From assembly GCA_964470065.1 (NCBI GenBank), contig CAYYAR010000006.1:13620-77619 (forward strand): a stretch of DNA of 64,000 nucleotides. The letters run 5' to 3'. Below the pieces are notes generated by a model, which was given only the letters and a program-made list of their open reading frames with translations, was not told the DNA's origin and did not search any database. The DNA is from an uncultured Verrucomicrobiota bacterium. GTDB taxonomy: Bacteria; Verrucomicrobiota; Kiritimatiellia; CAIVKH01. This document shows, in pieces, positions 10,862 to 23,290 of the stretch. Made by a program: the position numbers and the translations under genes. The first letter of the stretch is position 1; each line of letters opens with the position of its first letter.

Positions 10862-11998
10862 ATGAAGATGAAGCCGACTCCGATCGAGGGCGTAACCGTG
10901 CTCGAGCCCGATGTGCTTTCGGACGGGTCGGGAATTTTGACGCCCATGTTTGTCCGGGAGGAGATGTCGGCGGTCATGGGCAATCGCCAGATCGCCCGCG
11001 TCAATCATTCCAGCAGCAGCGAGGCCGGAACCTTGCGCGGTTTTCAATTACAAGTCGCGCCCCGCGAAGAAACCAAGATTGTGCAGTGTCTTCGCGGAAG
11101 GGTGTTTGATGTCGCGTTCGACCTGCGCAAGGGATCGCCCACATTCGGCCGCTATCACGGCGAAGTACTGGATGCGGAATCGCGCCGGATGTTGCTGATA
11201 CCCGAAGGATTTGGTCACGCCTTTCAAACGCTGGAGCCGGACACCGATGTCATGTATTTCATCACGGGTGAGCATGCGCCGGAGTGCGAGATGAGCATCA
11301 ATGCCACAGGCCGCGGTTCGCCGGTCACATGGCCGCTGCCCGCCGTCTGCCGGTCCGGCAAGGATATGGAGGCGTCCTCGCTGGATCAGTTGATGGCCGG
11401 AGGTTTTGCCGGCGTCGATCTTTCGCCTCAATGGCGGGTGCCGGCGGTTTCGCCGAATGCCGACCTGCATGCGGCCGGTCGATCCATGATGCGGGAGCGG
11501 AATCTTTTGTCCGCGCTGAAGAACCTGCTGATGCATTGCCGGTCAATCACGGTTGCCGATGCCGGTAGTATCTACCTGGTGGAAAAGAAGAATGCCAGCC
11601 AGGTGCTTCGAATCAAAGAATCGCAAAATGATTCGGTGAACCTGAATTACGACGAGATTGCCCTGCCATATAATCGTGCCTCTATGGCCGGATACGTAGC
11701 AATCACCGGTGAACTCGTGGCGGTAGAGGATGTGTACCATATGCCGCCCGGAAGCGATTATGGATTCAATGATCTCTTCGATAAAGGTCATGGCTACCGG
11801 AGTAAATCCATGTTGACGCTTCCGTTCCGGGACAACTGCGGGGATATTATCGGCGTGCTCCAACTGATCAATCGCAAGCCGGCCCGGCATATCAAGCTTT
11901 CAAATCCCCGCCTGACCGAAGAGTACGTCATTCCCTTTTCCGATCGCGATGTCCAGTTGGTGAGCGCGTGGGTGGCCAAGCCGTTTGACGCACTGTAA
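10862..11998 (+). CDS. RmlC-like cupin (dTDP-4-dehydrorhamnose 3,5-epimerase fold) fused to a C-terminal GAF domain
   Basis: ATG at 10862 with an AAGGGAG RBS. The N-terminal ~190 aa align to RmlC (LRGFQLQ..., KIVQCLRGRVFDVAFDLRKGSPTFG, LLIPEGFGHAF). The C-terminal ~170 aa look like a GAF domain. The six-frame ORF start at 10724 overlaps secDF and is rejected. Confidence 0.6.
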   Translation: MKMKPTPIEGVTVLEPDVLSDGSGILTPMFVREEMSAVMGNRQIARVNHSSSSEAGTLRGFQLQVAPREETKIVQCLRGRVFDVAFDLRKGSPTFGRYHGEVLDAESRRMLLIPEGFGHAFQTLEPDTDVMYFITGEHAPECEMSINATGRGSPVTWPLPAVCRSGKDMEASSLDQLMAGGFAGVDLSPQWRVPAVSPNADLHAAGRSMMRERNLLSALKNLLMHCRSITVADAGSIYLVEKKNASQVLRIKESQNDSVNLNYDEIALPYNRASMAGYVAITGELVAVEDVYHMPPGSDYGFNDLFDKGHGYRSKSMLTLPFRDNCGDIIGVLQLINRKPARHIKLSNPRLTEEYVIPFSDRDVQLVSAWVAKPFDAL

Positions 11999-12069
11999 TG
12001 ACCGATTAATCCGGATAGCCGGTTCCATGCTCGACAGATGATTCTGCATCAGTATGTTGCCATCCATAC

Positions 12070-13788
12070 ATGACGCGCTCATCACTTTGGATACACGAGC
12101 CCGCGCATCCGGATGCAGCGGCCGGCTTGGCCCGGGATGCCGCCATTCCGGGATGGATCGCCGCCATGCTGGTCCGCCGGGGCATTGTGGATAAACCCCA
12201 GCTGGATGCGTGGATGAATCCACGGCTTGCCTCGCTTCAGGATCCATTTCTGCTTCCCGACATGGAACCTGCGGTGGACCGCTTGCTGAAAGCGATTGCG
12301 CGCGGGGAGCGTGTTACCATTTTTGGTGACTATGATGTGGACGGACTCTGCAGCACAAGTCTTATGGCGGATGTGCTTGGTCGAACCGGTGTGCCGGTGG
12401 ATGTATTTTTGCCGCACCGGCTGGAGGAGGGTTACGGCCTCTCGGAGGAGGCGCTACAGCGATGCCTCGAGGAAACCAGTCCTTCGCTTATCGTCACGGT
12501 GGATTGCGGAACCGGATCGATAGCGGCGGTGGACGCGGCCCGGCGCGCTGGCGTCGACGTCATCATCACCGATCATCATGCCGTCGGAGAAAACCTGGCG
12601 CCAGCCGTGGCGGTGGTTAATCCGCGCCGCAGTACTGATGCTTCATGTCATGTCCTTGCCGGGGTGGGGGTCGCATTCAAGGTGGCGCATGCATTGATCA
12701 AGAAGGCCCGCCGGCTCGCCCCGGTTCCCGGATGGGCTGAATTTGATCCGCGTGAATTGCTGGATCTGGTCGCGCTCGGCACTATCGCCGATCTTGTGCC
12801 GTTGACCGGGGAGAATCGCATCTTGGTCGCGCATGGACTCAAGCGTCTCGATTCCACCAAGCGAACCGGGTTGAAGGAGTTGATTGATGTGGCGGATATT
12901 GATCGCACCATCGGCGTGTATGAGGTCGGTTTTCTGCTTGGCCCGCGTCTGAATGCCGCCGGTCGTCTCGCTTCCGCCAAGGTGTCGCTTGAATTACTGA
13001 TGACCGACAGCCTCGCAGTGGCCGCATCGCATGCCCGTCAACTGGATGCGGCAAACCGGGAGCGACGTGCCGTGGAGAAGGATGTGGTTGATCAGCTACT
13101 TGCGCGCGTGGAAGCGCGGGCCGGGGATGATGATTTTCATGCGATTGTGGAATCGGACCCCTCGTGGCATCCCGGTGTGGTTGGTCTGGCAGCCACCCGT
13201 GCGACCCAGCGGCATTGTTGCCCCTCGGTGGTCATCGGTGCGGATGATCGTGACCGGGCGAAAGGTTCGTGCCGGAGTGTGGCGGGCTTTAACATGGTCG
13301 AGGCGCTTGATGCCTGCAGTGACTTGCTGATCAAACATGGTGGGCACGCCATGGCGGCCGGACTCGAAATCGCCTGGGATCAGATCGATGCATTTCGGCG
13401 CAAGTTCAATGAAGTTGCGGCGAGGCAAATCGGAAACCGGCCGCGCGTGCCGCAATGGCAGATTGACGGCTGGATTGAACCGTCGGACATCACGCTTGAT
13501 TCCATCGAGTTGCTGAATGCCTTGGGCCCGTATGGTATGGGATTCCCCGAGCCCTTATGGGCCAGTCGCGATCTGCAGTGGGAGGGTGAACCGCGAGAGG
13601 TTGGAACAGGTCATCTGAAGGGCCACCTGGGCAAGCGCGGTCATGTGCATGAAATCATCGGATTTGGATTATTCCAGCCACCTCTGCCTGCCGCGCCGCT
13701 GGAGACGGCGTTTCAAATCCGTAAAGATGCGTTTCGCGGCCGCGAGCGGATCGTCTTGCACCTAAAAGACATTCGCGCTCAGCAATGA
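12070..13788 (+). CDS. recJ: Single-stranded-DNA-specific exonuclease RecJ
   Basis: DHH motifs (IFGDYDVDGLCST, VIITDHH) and a DHHA1 C-terminal region. Confidence 0.9.
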   Translation: MTRSSLWIHEPAHPDAAAGLARDAAIPGWIAAMLVRRGIVDKPQLDAWMNPRLASLQDPFLLPDMEPAVDRLLKAIARGERVTIFGDYDVDGLCSTSLMADVLGRTGVPVDVFLPHRLEEGYGLSEEALQRCLEETSPSLIVTVDCGTGSIAAVDAARRAGVDVIITDHHAVGENLAPAVAVVNPRRSTDASCHVLAGVGVAFKVAHALIKKARRLAPVPGWAEFDPRELLDLVALGTIADLVPLTGENRILVAHGLKRLDSTKRTGLKELIDVADIDRTIGVYEVGFLLGPRLNAAGRLASAKVSLELLMTDSLAVAASHARQLDAANRERRAVEKDVVDQLLARVEARAGDDDFHAIVESDPSWHPGVVGLAATRATQRHCCPSVVIGADDRDRAKGSCRSVAGFNMVEALDACSDLLIKHGGHAMAAGLEIAWDQIDAFRRKFNEVAARQIGNRPRVPQWQIDGWIEPSDITLDSIELLNALGPYGMGFPEPLWASRDLQWEGEPREVGTGHLKGHLGKRGHVHEIIGFGLFQPPLPAAPLETAFQIRKDAFRGRERIVLHLKDIRAQQ

Positions 13789-14610
13789 CTCGTACCCTTC
13801 GCGGTAGGTGGGATAGTGGAAATGATAGCCCGCTGCGCGCAGGCGCTGGTTTGAGCATCGTTTATTTCCGGATCGTCGTGCCGGTCTTTCACTCGTTGAT
13901 CCGGCCATCGGTGGATCAGGCTGCTGGAGGCGATTAGCCAACCAGTGAAGCACATCGTTTCGATCGGCCGGTTCGTTATCGCTGACGATGTAGAGATTGG
14001 CGGGATGTTCCATTTGCACGAGATGGGCGAGTGCACCGGCGGCATCATCCGCGTGCAAATGATTCAAATAATGCGGCGGTTGCGGGTAGCAGACGGCCCG
14101 GCCTTCCGCCACCTCGCGGATGAGTCGTATGCGATCCGGTCCATAAATGCCGGACAGGCGGGCCACGATGGCCTCGACACCACTTGCCTGCACCAGTTTT
14201 TCGGCTTGCGCGTAATAGTGGCTGGACGTGGATGATGAGCCGGCGGGCGACTGTTCATCCACCCAGCCGCCATGCTGCTCGGCAAAAACCCCGGTGGTGG
14301 AAACCATGATGATGCGTCGCAGGGCAGACTGCCGCTTCATACGGTTGATCAATGCCGGATAACCATGCAGGAAAAGCTCCTCGTATTTTTCAGTGGCGTC
14401 CCGTTTAAGTCCGGCAGCCAGTATCAGGGTGTCGATTTCTTCGGGTAATGGAATACCGTCCGGCCGTATCAGGTCGCCGGCCATCCAGGAAAAACCGTCG
14501 CCGGACGATGGCGGATGACGGCGTAGCGCGGTTACCTGATGGCCTGCCTCGACAAGCTGCCGGGCGAGCCTTATTCCTACGTAGCCGCAACCGGCAATGA
14601 GTATCCGCAC
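13762..14610 (-). CDS. NAD-dependent epimerase/dehydratase (SDR-family, NAD(P)-binding) protein
   Basis: N-terminal Rossmann motif MRILIAGCGYVGIRLARQL. Confidence 0.7.
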   Translation of the reverse strand: MRILIAGCGYVGIRLARQLVEAGHQVTALRRHPPSSGDGFSWMAGDLIRPDGIPLPEEIDTLILAAGLKRDATEKYEELFLHGYPALINRMKRQSALRRIIMVSTTGVFAEQHGGWVDEQSPAGSSSTSSHYYAQAEKLVQASGVEAIVARLSGIYGPDRIRLIREVAEGRAVCYPQPPHYLNHLHADDAAGALAHLVQMEHPANLYIVSDNEPADRNDVLHWLANRLQQPDPPMAGSTSERPARRSGNKRCSNQRLRAAGYHFHYPTYREGYESLLSANVF

Positions 14611-14628
14611 GGTCGTGGTGCAAGGGTC

Positions 14629-15507
14629 TTAGTTGCGCGCGGGCAGTTTGAAATTCTTCAACATCTGTTCCATCGCCTTGGGATCAAACGCCGGGGGCTG
14701 GCCGGACGGTTTGGATTCTTCCCGCGGAATGCCGGCGGCGGCTTCGAAGACAGACTTGCTGGTGTAACCATCTGGAATGGCAAACTTGCTTGCCGCAACA
14801 GCTTGTGCCTCCAAACGCGTGACCGTCATATTCATGACGGTTTCCTGGGTGGTGCCATTGGCGGTGGTGCGTGACTTCAACACCATGGACAGCGGTAAAC
14901 CGGCTACCTTGGCCATTTCATCGGCCACGCGCTTATCGAATGCCGCATCACCGGTTTTGATGCCCGGATGACCCTGCATCATACTCCCGCTCGGGTTCTT
15001 GATGCCCGGCGCGACCACGAATTCCTGAATCGACTCGTTTTGCGTGATGTTTTTCATTCCGAACATATTCATTTCAGTATTGTAGGCCGTGCGGAATTTG
15101 TAGCGGCGGACGGATTGATCGAGCAATTTGCCGGCATCCTCGTTGGCGAGCACCTCGAATTGAGGCTGGGTGAACTTCATCATGCCGCCCATCATGCCCA
15201 TCGCCATGTCGGCCATCTCCTTCGGGTTCATGTCGATCACGGTTTTCTGGGCCGGATCGATAATCAGCATTGATTGTCCGCCGTTGGTGGAAATCATGTA
15301 GGAACCGGAGGGCATGAGCGGACTTTTGCTTTCGTTGAATTCGGTTCGAATCCGTTCCCCGTCGATCCAAGTGCGGGCCTTGTGGGCGAACATGCTGGAC
15401 GGCTCCTGGCCTTCGCCCTGGTTGGTGGTGCTGGATTCCAAATACCAGCCGGCATGGGCAACGTTACTGGATACGATCAACGCGACGACGACGAGCATGC
15501 TACGCAT
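14629..15507 (-). CDS. Secreted hypothetical protein (signal peptide; DUF4412/LolA-like guess)
   Basis: Start reassigned to the ATG at 15507 (MRSMLVVVALIVSSNVAHA, with a GGAGG RBS). The upstream extension in the six-frame track has no support. Met/Gly-rich. Confidence 0.5.
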   Translation of the reverse strand: MRSMLVVVALIVSSNVAHAGWYLESSTTNQGEGQEPSSMFAHKARTWIDGERIRTEFNESKSPLMPSGSYMISTNGGQSMLIIDPAQKTVIDMNPKEMADMAMGMMGGMMKFTQPQFEVLANEDAGKLLDQSVRRYKFRTAYNTEMNMFGMKNITQNESIQEFVVAPGIKNPSGSMMQGHPGIKTGDAAFDKRVADEMAKVAGLPLSMVLKSRTTANGTTQETVMNMTVTRLEAQAVAASKFAIPDGYTSKSVFEAAAGIPREESKPSGQPPAFDPKAMEQMLKNFKLPARN

Positions 15508-15566
15508 AGAGAGCCTCCGTGATGGAAAAAATGTAGAATGATCCTGCGGCCAAGGCAAGCGACGCT

Positions 15567-17030
15567 TTACGCGCGGGGGAGGTCCATGCCGACCTTCGAC
15601 GGCAGATCCGACTTGCCCATCAAATGAATGTCCACGCAGCGGGCCGCTTCGCGGCCCTCGGAGATGGCCCACACGATCAGTGATTGACCGCGACGGGCAT
15701 CGCCAGCGGAGAAAATTCCGGGCACGCTTGTCATATAGCTCTCGTTGGCCTTGATGTTGCCGAAGTTGTCCAGCTCGCAACCGAGTTGATGCACAAAGCT
15801 GTCCGCCTCGGGGCCCACGAAACCCATGGCCAGCAAGACCAGATCCGCGTTCCACTCGCGCTCGCTTCCCGGTACTTCCTCGAGCTTTGGCGATCCACCG
15901 GCGCTATTGGGAACAAAACGAACATCCACGGTCTTCAATTTATTCACGCGCCCGTTCGATCCGGAGAACTCTTTCGTGAGCACGCTGAACACGCGTTCGC
16001 AACCTTCTTCATGGGATGTGCTGGTGCGCAGCCGCATGGGCCAGTAGGGCCAGGGCTGGTTTTCTGGACGATCCTTCGGCGGCATGGCCAGCAGTTCGAA
16101 GTTGGTGATGGAGGCCGCGCCTTGCCGGCGCGATGTGCCAATGCAATCGCTTCCGGTGTCACCGCCGCCAATCACAATGACGTGCTTGCCGGTGGCGGAA
16201 ATTTGCTCCGGCAACTGGTCGCCAGCGACCCAGCGATTCTGCATCGGCAGGAAATCCATGGCGAAATGAATGCCGTTCAGCTCACGACCGCTCGCCTTGA
16301 TGTCGCGCGGACGGGTGGAGCCGATGCAGATCACGACCGAATCGAAGTCCTTCTTCAACTCGGCCGCCGTGACATCCTGGCCGACATTCACGCCGGTTTT
16401 GAAGATGATGCCTTCCGCCTGCATGATTTCGAGCCGGCGATCAATGACCCATTTTTCCATCTTGAAGTCGGGAATGCCATAACGGAGCAATCCGCCGATA
16501 CGGTCTTCACGCTCGAAGACGGTCACAGTATGCCCGGCGCGGTTGAGCTGCTGGGCGGCGGCCAATCCGGCCGGGCCGGAGCCGATCACGGCGACTTTTT
16601 TGCCCGTGCGGACGTCGGGTGGCTCGGGCACCACCCAGCCGTTGGCAAAGGCGTTCTCGATGATCTCTTTTTCGATCTGTTCGATGGTGACCGGCGGCTC
16701 GTTGATGCCGAGCACGCATGCCTCTTCGCAAGGCGCCGGGCAAAGACGTCCGGTAAATTCCGGGAAATTATTCGTGGCGTGCAACCGTTGCATGGCTTCC
16801 CGCCAGTTGCCGCGGTAGACGAGGTCATTCCAGTCGGGAATAATGTTTCCGAGCGGGCAACCGGTGTGACAGAAGGGGACGCCGCAGTCCATGCAGCGGG
16901 AGGCCTGCTGGGTGATTTTTTCCTTGGGGAAGGGCGTGTAGAATTCCCGGTAATCCTTGATGCGATCCTCGACCGCACGCTTTTTCGGCAATTCACGAGT
17001 GTATTCTTTGAATCCAGTTGGCTTGGCCAT
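15567..17030 (-). CDS. gltD: Glutamate synthase small (beta) subunit
   Basis: Fe-S cysteines CMDCGVPFC...CP..C.L and FAD/NAD dinucleotide-binding motifs [11 protein letters not shown]. Confidence 0.9.
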   Translation of the reverse strand: MAKPTGFKEYTRELPKKRAVEDRIKDYREFYTPFPKEKITQQASRCMDCGVPFCHTGCPLGNIIPDWNDLVYRGNWREAMQRLHATNNFPEFTGRLCPAPCEEACVLGINEPPVTIEQIEKEIIENAFANGWVVPEPPDVRTGKKVAVIGSGPAGLAAAQQLNRAGHTVTVFEREDRIGGLLRYGIPDFKMEKWVIDRRLEIMQAEGIIFKTGVNVGQDVTAAELKKDFDSVVICIGSTRPRDIKASGRELNGIHFAMDFLPMQNRWVAGDQLPEQISATGKHVIVIGGGDTGSDCIGTSRRQGAASITNFELLAMPPKDRPENQPWPYWPMRLRTSTSHEEGCERVFSVLTKEFSGSNGRVNKLKTVDVRFVPNSAGGSPKLEEVPGSEREWNADLVLLAMGFVGPEADSFVHQLGCELDNFGNIKANESYMTSVPGIFSAGDARRGQSLIVWAISEGREAARCVDIHLMGKSDLPSKVGMDLPRA

Positions 17031-17048
17031 AATATTTACCTTTGTAAC

Positions 17049-20000
17049 TTATACCGCAGCGAGTTCTTTTTCCTTCGCCAGACGCTCAAGGGCACGCTTG
17101 AAATCGTGCGGCATCACCTTGATGAACTTGGCTTGATAAGCAATCCAATCGGACAGGATCCGTTGGGCCACGGCGCTCTCGGTCAGCGCGGCATGTTGCT
17201 CGATCAGACCCCGCAGCGTGGCTACATCGGACTCCGCCTCGACGCTCTCGAGGCCGACAAGTTCATGGTTGCAACGCTTCGAGGCGAAATCACCGGATTC
17301 GTCCAGCACGTAGGCGATGCCACCGCTCATGCCGGCGGCAAAATTACGTCCGGTCGGGCCGAGCACCACAACCACGCCCCCCGTCATGTACTCGCAGCCA
17401 TGATCGCCCACGCCCTCGACGACGGCCTTCACGCCGCTGTTGCGCACACAGAAGCGCTCGCCCGCCAGGCCGCGGATGAAGGACTCACCCTTGATGGCGC
17501 CGTAAAACGCCACGTTCCCGATGATGATGTTCTGCTCGGGCACAAACCCGTCGATCGCGGGCGGCTTGATGATGAGACGCGCCCCGGAAAGACCCTTGCC
17601 GAAATAATCATTCGCATCGCCGACGATGTGGAAGGTGATGCCCCGGGCGCCGAATGCGGCGAAGCTTTGCCCGCACGAGCCGGTGGCGTTGACCGTGATG
17701 GTGTTGTCCGGCAGGCCGTCTTCGCCATGTTTTTTCGAGACGTGATAACTGAGCATCGTGCCGACCGTGCGGTTGATGTTGCGCACCGGTTGGTTGATCA
17801 CGACTTTCTCCCCGCGCTCGATAGCGGCTTGCGCTTTGGTGATGAGCTCATTGTCCAGCGCGCGATCGATGCCGTGATCCTGCTTTTTCGAGCAGTAGAC
17901 GCCGACGGAGGCGGGCACTTGGGGCTTGTGAAGAATCGACGAGAAGTCCAATCCCTGTGCCTTCCAGTGATCAATCGCCTTGGTGATGTCCAAGCGGTCA
18001 ACCTGGCCGACCATCTCGTTGATGCTGCGGAAGCCCAGGCTGGCCATGATACGGCGCAATTCCTCGGCGACAAACCGGAAGTAGTTGACCACATATTCCG
18101 GCTTGCCGGTGTATTTTTTGCGCAAGTCGGGATCCTGCGTGGCGATACCGACCGGGCAGGTGTTCAAATGACACACCCGCATCATGATGCAACCAACCGT
18201 GATCAGCGGGGCCGTGGAAAATCCAAATTCCTCGGCGCCGAGCAAACAGGCGATGGCGACATCACGTCCGGTCAGCAACTTGCCATCGCATTCCACCACA
18301 ATGCGACTTCGCAAATCGTTCATCACAAGGGTCTGGTGGGTCTCCGCCAAGCCGAGCTCCCAGGGCAAGCCGGCATGCTTGAGCGATGTTTCCGGCGACG
18401 CGCCGGTGCCGCCGTCATAACCGCTGATCAGAACCACATCGGCTTTGCCTTTGGAAACACCGGCGGCCACGGTTCCCACGCCGACTTCCGACACCAGCTT
18501 CACATTGATGCGCGCGGCGGGATTGGCGTTCTTCAGGTCGTGGATCAACTGGGCCAGGTCTTCGATCGAATAAATATCATGGTGCGGCGGCGGTGAAATC
18601 AGCTGCACGTAGGGCGTGGAGTGACGGGTTTTTGCGATGGGCGGATAAACCTTCTCCGCCGGCAATTGCCCGCCCTCGCCGGGTTTGGCGCCTTGGGCCA
18701 TTTTGATCTGCAGCTCCGCGGCGTTGGCGAGGTAATTGCTCGTCACGCCGAAACGTCCCGAGGCCACCTGCTTGATGGCGCTGTTTCGCCAGTCGCCATT
18801 GGCGTCCCGCACAAAACGATCCGGATCCTCGCCGCCTTCGCCGCTGTTGCTCTTGCCGCCGATGCGGTTCATGGCTACGGCCAGGGTCTCGTGGGCTTCC
18901 TTGCTGATGGAACCATACGACATCGCGCCGGTCTTGAACCGCTTGACGATGTCCTGCCACGGTTCGACTTCGTCGAGCGGAACCGGGGCGCGGTTGCTAT
19001 CCTTGAACTCAAACAAGCCGCGCAGGGTATACAGATCGCGCGATTGATTGTTCACCAGACGGGCAAACTGGTCATAGGCCGCCTGCTTTTCGAACCGCGT
19101 CGCCTCTTGCAGCTTGGCGATGGCGATCGGATTCAATAGATGCCGCTCGCCGGTACGCCGCCACTGATAAACGCCACCCACATCGAGTTCGAGGTTTTCC
19201 GGAACGTCGCGACTGGGGAAGGCGCGCTCGTGCCGCATCTTGACTTCCTTGGCGATGATGTCGATGCCGACGCCCTGAATGCGACTGGGGGTTCCCGTGA
19301 AGTAGTTGTCAATAACGCTCGAGTTCAACCCCACGCACTCAAAGATCTGGGCGCCGCGGTAGCTGTGGAGCGTCGAGATGCCCATCTTGGACATGACCTT
19401 CAGCAGTCCCTTGTTCGCCGCCTTGATGTAATTATACACCGCCTTGCTGGCATCGACCTTGACCTGTCCGGCCGCAATCAGCTCGTCGATCACTTCGTAC
19501 ACCATGTAGGGATTCACGGCGGCGGCGCCGTAGCCGAACAGCACGGCGAAGTGATGGATCTCGCGCACTTCGCCCGACTCGACCACGAGTCCGCACTGCG
19601 TCCGTCGGCGATTGCGGATGAGGTAATGGTGCACGCCCGCGAGCGCGAGCGCGGCGGGAATGGGGGCGAGATCCCGGGTGCTGCCTCGATCGGATAGGAT
19701 TAGAATGGAATAACCCTCGTCGACGGCTTTCATTGCGGCGCGGCACAACTCGGCCATGGCTTTTTCGAGGCCTGGTCCGCCATCGGCCACCGGATAAAGC
19801 ATGGGCACAGTGATGGATCGGATGTCACCTTCGCGGAAGGAGCGAATCCGTTCCAGCGCATCGTTGGTGAGCACCGGTTGCTCGATGCGCAACTGATGGG
19901 CATGATGTTCGGTCTCATCGAACAGATTGAGCTCGTTGCCGATGTTCGCCTGCAGCGAGGTGACCAGCTCTTCGCGGATGGCGTCGAGCGGAGGATTGGT

Positions 20001-21608
20001 CACCTGGGCAAACAATTGCTTGAAGTAATTGTATATTAGTTGCGCTCGGTCGGACAACACGGCGATCGGCACGTCGACACCCATCGATCCGGTTGGCTCC
20101 ACGCCGGTTTGCACCATGGGCGCAATGATGACTTTGAGATCTTCGAGCGTGTATCCGAATAGCTGTTCGCGTTGCAGGCGGGAGGTCGTCTCGGGCGACG
20201 GCGCAGTGACCGGCGCGGGCAAATCCTTCAGGCTGTGCAGATTTTTGGTCAGCCAGGCGCGGTAAGGTTTGCGCGAAGCAATCTCGCTCTTGATTTCCTC
20301 GTCGTCGATGATGCGACCCTTCTCCGTGTCGACCAGGAACATGCGTCCGGGTTGCAGGCGGCCCTTGGTGACCACGTTGGCCGGATCAATTTCCAGTACG
20401 CCGGTTTCCGAACCCATGATCACGAAGCCGTCTTTGGTCACGGTGTAGCGCGACGGACGCAAGCCATTGCGGTCCAGCATCGCGCCAACGCACTGGCCAT
20501 CGGTGAAGGGAATCGACGCCGGGCCATCCCACGGCTCCATGAAGGTGGAGTGGTATTCGTAGAATGCCTTCTTGCCGTCGCTCATCGTTTCGTGGTTCTG
20601 CCATGCTTCGGGAATCAGCATCATCATGGCGTGGGGCAGGGAGCGTCCGGTGTGGTAGAGCAACTCGACGGCATTGTCGAGCGCGGCCGAATCGCTGGCG
20701 CCCGGGGCAACAATCGGAAGAATCTTGTGCATGTCGTGGCCGAACAGCGGCGACTTGAAAATGCCTTCGCGGGCATTCATGAAGTTCGTGTTGCCGCGCA
20801 CGGTGTTGATTTCGCCGTTGTGGCAGAGAAAACGGAACGGATGGGCGAGATCCCACGTCGGGAAGGTGTTTGTGGAATAACGCTGGTGAACCAGCGCGAG
20901 ACCGCTGACCATGTCGGGATCGCTCAGGTCGGGCATGAACGAGCGGATTTGATCCGCCAGCATCAGGCCCTTGTAGACGAACGTCTGGCACGACAGCGTG
21001 CAGACATAAAAGTATTTCTTCTCGGGCAGGTTCGATTCGCGAACGGCCTTCTCCATCTGCTTGCGGATGATGAACAGCTTGCGGTCGAAGGCGCGGTTGT
21101 CGGTGATGCCGGCGCCACGCCCGATGAAGATCTGGCAAATGTGCGGCTCGACATCGCGGGCGATGTCGCCAAGCACTTCGTTGTTCACCGGAATGTCACG
21201 CCAGCCGAGAAGCTGCTGGCCCTCGGCCTTGACCACATCCTCGAACTGCTGCTTCACCTGTTCGCGCTGCAAAGCGTTGCGCGGCATGAAAACGAGTCCG
21301 GCGGCAAATTCATAACTGCCGGCGGGAAGCTTGATGCTCAACTCGCCGCACTTCTTGCGGAAAAACTTTTCCGGAAACTGCATCATGATGCCGGCGCCGT
21401 CGCCGGTTTTTTCATCGCATCCGCAGGCGCCGCGATGCGACAGATTTACCAGAATATCCAGGGCTTTTTCGATCACATCGTGCGATTTCACGCCTTTGAG
21501 ATTGACCACGGCTCCCACGCCGCAGGCGTCGTGCTCGAAGCGCGGATCATACAGTCCCTGCCGGCCGGGAAGGCCGGGCTCGCGGTTTCGTAATGTCGAT
21601 GCTGTCAT
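17049..21608 (-). CDS. gltB: Glutamate synthase large (alpha) subunit
   Basis: Start reassigned to the ATG at 21608 (MTASTL...), placing the Ntn Cys in DACGVGAV. Contains the FMN/Fe-S central domain and the GXGXG-type C-terminal domain. Confidence 0.9.
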   Translation of the reverse strand: MTASTLRNREPGLPGRQGLYDPRFEHDACGVGAVVNLKGVKSHDVIEKALDILVNLSHRGACGCDEKTGDGAGIMMQFPEKFFRKKCGELSIKLPAGSYEFAAGLVFMPRNALQREQVKQQFEDVVKAEGQQLLGWRDIPVNNEVLGDIARDVEPHICQIFIGRGAGITDNRAFDRKLFIIRKQMEKAVRESNLPEKKYFYVCTLSCQTFVYKGLMLADQIRSFMPDLSDPDMVSGLALVHQRYSTNTFPTWDLAHPFRFLCHNGEINTVRGNTNFMNAREGIFKSPLFGHDMHKILPIVAPGASDSAALDNAVELLYHTGRSLPHAMMMLIPEAWQNHETMSDGKKAFYEYHSTFMEPWDGPASIPFTDGQCVGAMLDRNGLRPSRYTVTKDGFVIMGSETGVLEIDPANVVTKGRLQPGRMFLVDTEKGRIIDDEEIKSEIASRKPYRAWLTKNLHSLKDLPAPVTAPSPETTSRLQREQLFGYTLEDLKVIIAPMVQTGVEPTGSMGVDVPIAVLSDRAQLIYNYFKQLFAQVTNPPLDAIREELVTSLQANIGNELNLFDETEHHAHQLRIEQPVLTNDALERIRSFREGDIRSITVPMLYPVADGGPGLEKAMAELCRAAMKAVDEGYSILILSDRGSTRDLAPIPAALALAGVHHYLIRNRRRTQCGLVVESGEVREIHHFAVLFGYGAAAVNPYMVYEVIDELIAAGQVKVDASKAVYNYIKAANKGLLKVMSKMGISTLHSYRGAQIFECVGLNSSVIDNYFTGTPSRIQGVGIDIIAKEVKMRHERAFPSRDVPENLELDVGGVYQWRRTGERHLLNPIAIAKLQEATRFEKQAAYDQFARLVNNQSRDLYTLRGLFEFKDSNRAPVPLDEVEPWQDIVKRFKTGAMSYGSISKEAHETLAVAMNRIGGKSNSGEGGEDPDRFVRDANGDWRNSAIKQVASGRFGVTSNYLANAAELQIKMAQGAKPGEGGQLPAEKVYPPIAKTRHSTPYVQLISPPPHHDIYSIEDLAQLIHDLKNANPAARINVKLVSEVGVGTVAAGVSKGKADVVLISGYDGGTGASPETSLKHAGLPWELGLAETHQTLVMNDLRSRIVVECDGKLLTGRDVAIACLLGAEEFGFSTAPLITVGCIMMRVCHLNTCPVGIATQDPDLRKKYTGKPEYVVNYFRFVAEELRRIMASLGFRSINEMVGQVDRLDITKAIDHWKAQGLDFSSILHKPQVPASVGVYCSKKQDHGIDRALDNELITKAQAAIERGEKVVINQPVRNINRTVGTMLSYHVSKKHGEDGLPDNTITVNATGSCGQSFAAFGARGITFHIVGDANDYFGKGLSGARLIIKPPAIDGFVPEQNIIIGNVAFYGAIKGESFIRGLAGERFCVRNSGVKAVVEGVGDHGCEYMTGGVVVVLGPTGRNFAAGMSGGIAYVLDESGDFASKRCNHELVGLESVEAESDVATLRGLIEQHAALTESAVAQRILSDWIAYQAKFIKVMPHDFKRALERLAKEKELAAV

Positions 21609-21631
21609 AGTCGTACCTGTCTTTCGTTCCT

Positions 21632-23065
21632 TCAATGCATGGCCGCCGGATGCTCCAGCGCGTGCTTGTTCATTTCGCCCTCGACCGGGAATGGATACAC
21701 ACCGGTAAAACAACCGGTGCAGAAATCGGACGGATGCTCCACCGACGCGCGCAATCCCTCGACGCTCAGATAGCCGAGGGAGTCGGCGCCGATGAATTCG
21801 CGAATCTGTTCGAGGCTGTTTTCCGCGGCGACCAGTTCGCTGCGGGATGGAAAATCAATGCCGAAATAGCAGGGGTTCCGGGTCGGCGGGCAGGAGATGC
21901 GCAGGTGCACCTCTTTGGCCCCGGCCTCGCGCAGCACTTGCACCCGCCGCCGCGAGGTGGTGCCGCGAATGAGGGAATCGTCCACCACGACAATCCGCTT
22001 GCCGCGAACCACACCCGGCACCACGGCGAGCTTCATGTCGGCGCTTTCGCGGCGTTCACCGGCGGTCGGCATGATAAACGTCCGGCCGATGTAGTGGTTG
22101 CGAATGAAACCATAGTCGAGGGGGATGCCGCTTTCCTGCGAGTAACCGAGGGCGGCGACGTTGCCGCTGTCGGGAATCGGGATGACGATGTCCGCTTGTG
22201 CCGGCGCCTCGCGGGCGAGATGGCGGCCGAGGCGGGTGCGCACATCGTGCACGCTTTGGCCAAACACCATGCTGTCCGGCCGGGCGAAGTAGACGTGCTC
22301 GAAAATGCACTGGCCAAGCGAGCCGGCGATCGGTTCGCAAAACGTCGTGCTTCGTATGCCTCGGGCATCCACCGTGACCAGCTCGCCGGGCAGGACATCG
22401 CGCACGTAATCGGCGCCCACCTGTTCGAGTGCGCACGATTCGCTGGCAAAGACGTAACCACTGCCCAGCTTGCCGATGGAGAGCGGGCGGAATCCATACG
22501 GGTCGCGCGCCGCCATGACTGCGTCTTTCGTCATCAAAAGAAACGCATACGCGCCTTGTAATTCGGCCAGCGCGCGTTCAACGCGACGCGGACGGGTGCG
22601 AAACATTGGATCGGCAATCAGGTGCAATAAAATTTCGCTGTCGGTGCTGGTCTGAAAAATGGCGCCGGCTTCCTGGTAATTTTTGCGCAACGCGCCCGCG
22701 TTGGTCAGATTGCCGTTGTGGGCGATGCCCCAGATGCCATCGATACATTCAACCACCAGGGGCTGGATGTTCTGCGGGCGAGGGGAGCCCGTCGTCGAGT
22801 AACGCACATGACCGATTCCGAGATGGCCGGTTAGCTGCTGAAAGTCGGGTCGCTCATTGAGCTCGTTCACCAAACCCATCACCTTCACCGAGCGAACCTT
22901 CTCGCCGTTGCTCACGGCAAGGCCAACACCCTCCTGGCCGCGGTGCTGAAGCGCGAACAGACCGTTGTACATCACACGTGCCGGATTTTCGACGCCGAAG
23001 ACGCCGAAGATTCCGCAGTAATGCCGCGGTCGCCCCGATTCAATTTCCCATGAGTGCTCTTGCAT
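21632..23065 (-). CDS. purF: Amidophosphoribosyltransferase
   Basis: CGIFGVFG Ntn active site after a short propeptide, plus a PRTase domain. Confidence 0.9.
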   Translation of the reverse strand: MQEHSWEIESGRPRHYCGIFGVFGVENPARVMYNGLFALQHRGQEGVGLAVSNGEKVRSVKVMGLVNELNERPDFQQLTGHLGIGHVRYSTTGSPRPQNIQPLVVECIDGIWGIAHNGNLTNAGALRKNYQEAGAIFQTSTDSEILLHLIADPMFRTRPRRVERALAELQGAYAFLLMTKDAVMAARDPYGFRPLSIGKLGSGYVFASESCALEQVGADYVRDVLPGELVTVDARGIRSTTFCEPIAGSLGQCIFEHVYFARPDSMVFGQSVHDVRTRLGRHLAREAPAQADIVIPIPDSGNVAALGYSQESGIPLDYGFIRNHYIGRTFIMPTAGERRESADMKLAVVPGVVRGKRIVVVDDSLIRGTTSRRRVQVLREAGAKEVHLRISCPPTRNPCYFGIDFPSRSELVAAENSLEQIREFIGADSLGYLSVEGLRASVEHPSDFCTGCFTGVYPFPVEGEMNKHALEHPAAMH

Positions 23066-23290
23066 GACGTACTAGATGTAAGCGCGATAAAATAATCCAA
23101 ACGGTCTGCTAATCCAGCTAGAATTGTGCCCGTTGTTAAAAAATCTACAACCTGTTGAAGAGCAATGCCTAAGGCGCCCAGGTCGCGACGTCAAAACGGT
23201 CAAATTACTACAAAAACGTATTTTCTTGTTGTTCGCGTTGTACAATAATGTAGCAAGCAACCAGTCGTAAGGGGTCGGGACGTGCTGCAA

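Noticed and set aside
15684-18596. 970-aa plus-strand ORF
   Set aside because: Entirely antisense to gltD/gltB, whose identity is unambiguous. The translation is a low-complexity Gly/Ala/Arg-rich product typical of antisense frames in high-GC DNA.
20172-21593. 473-aa plus-strand ORF, and a second one at 21635-22561
   Set aside because: Antisense to gltB and purF. No motifs. GC-driven open frames.
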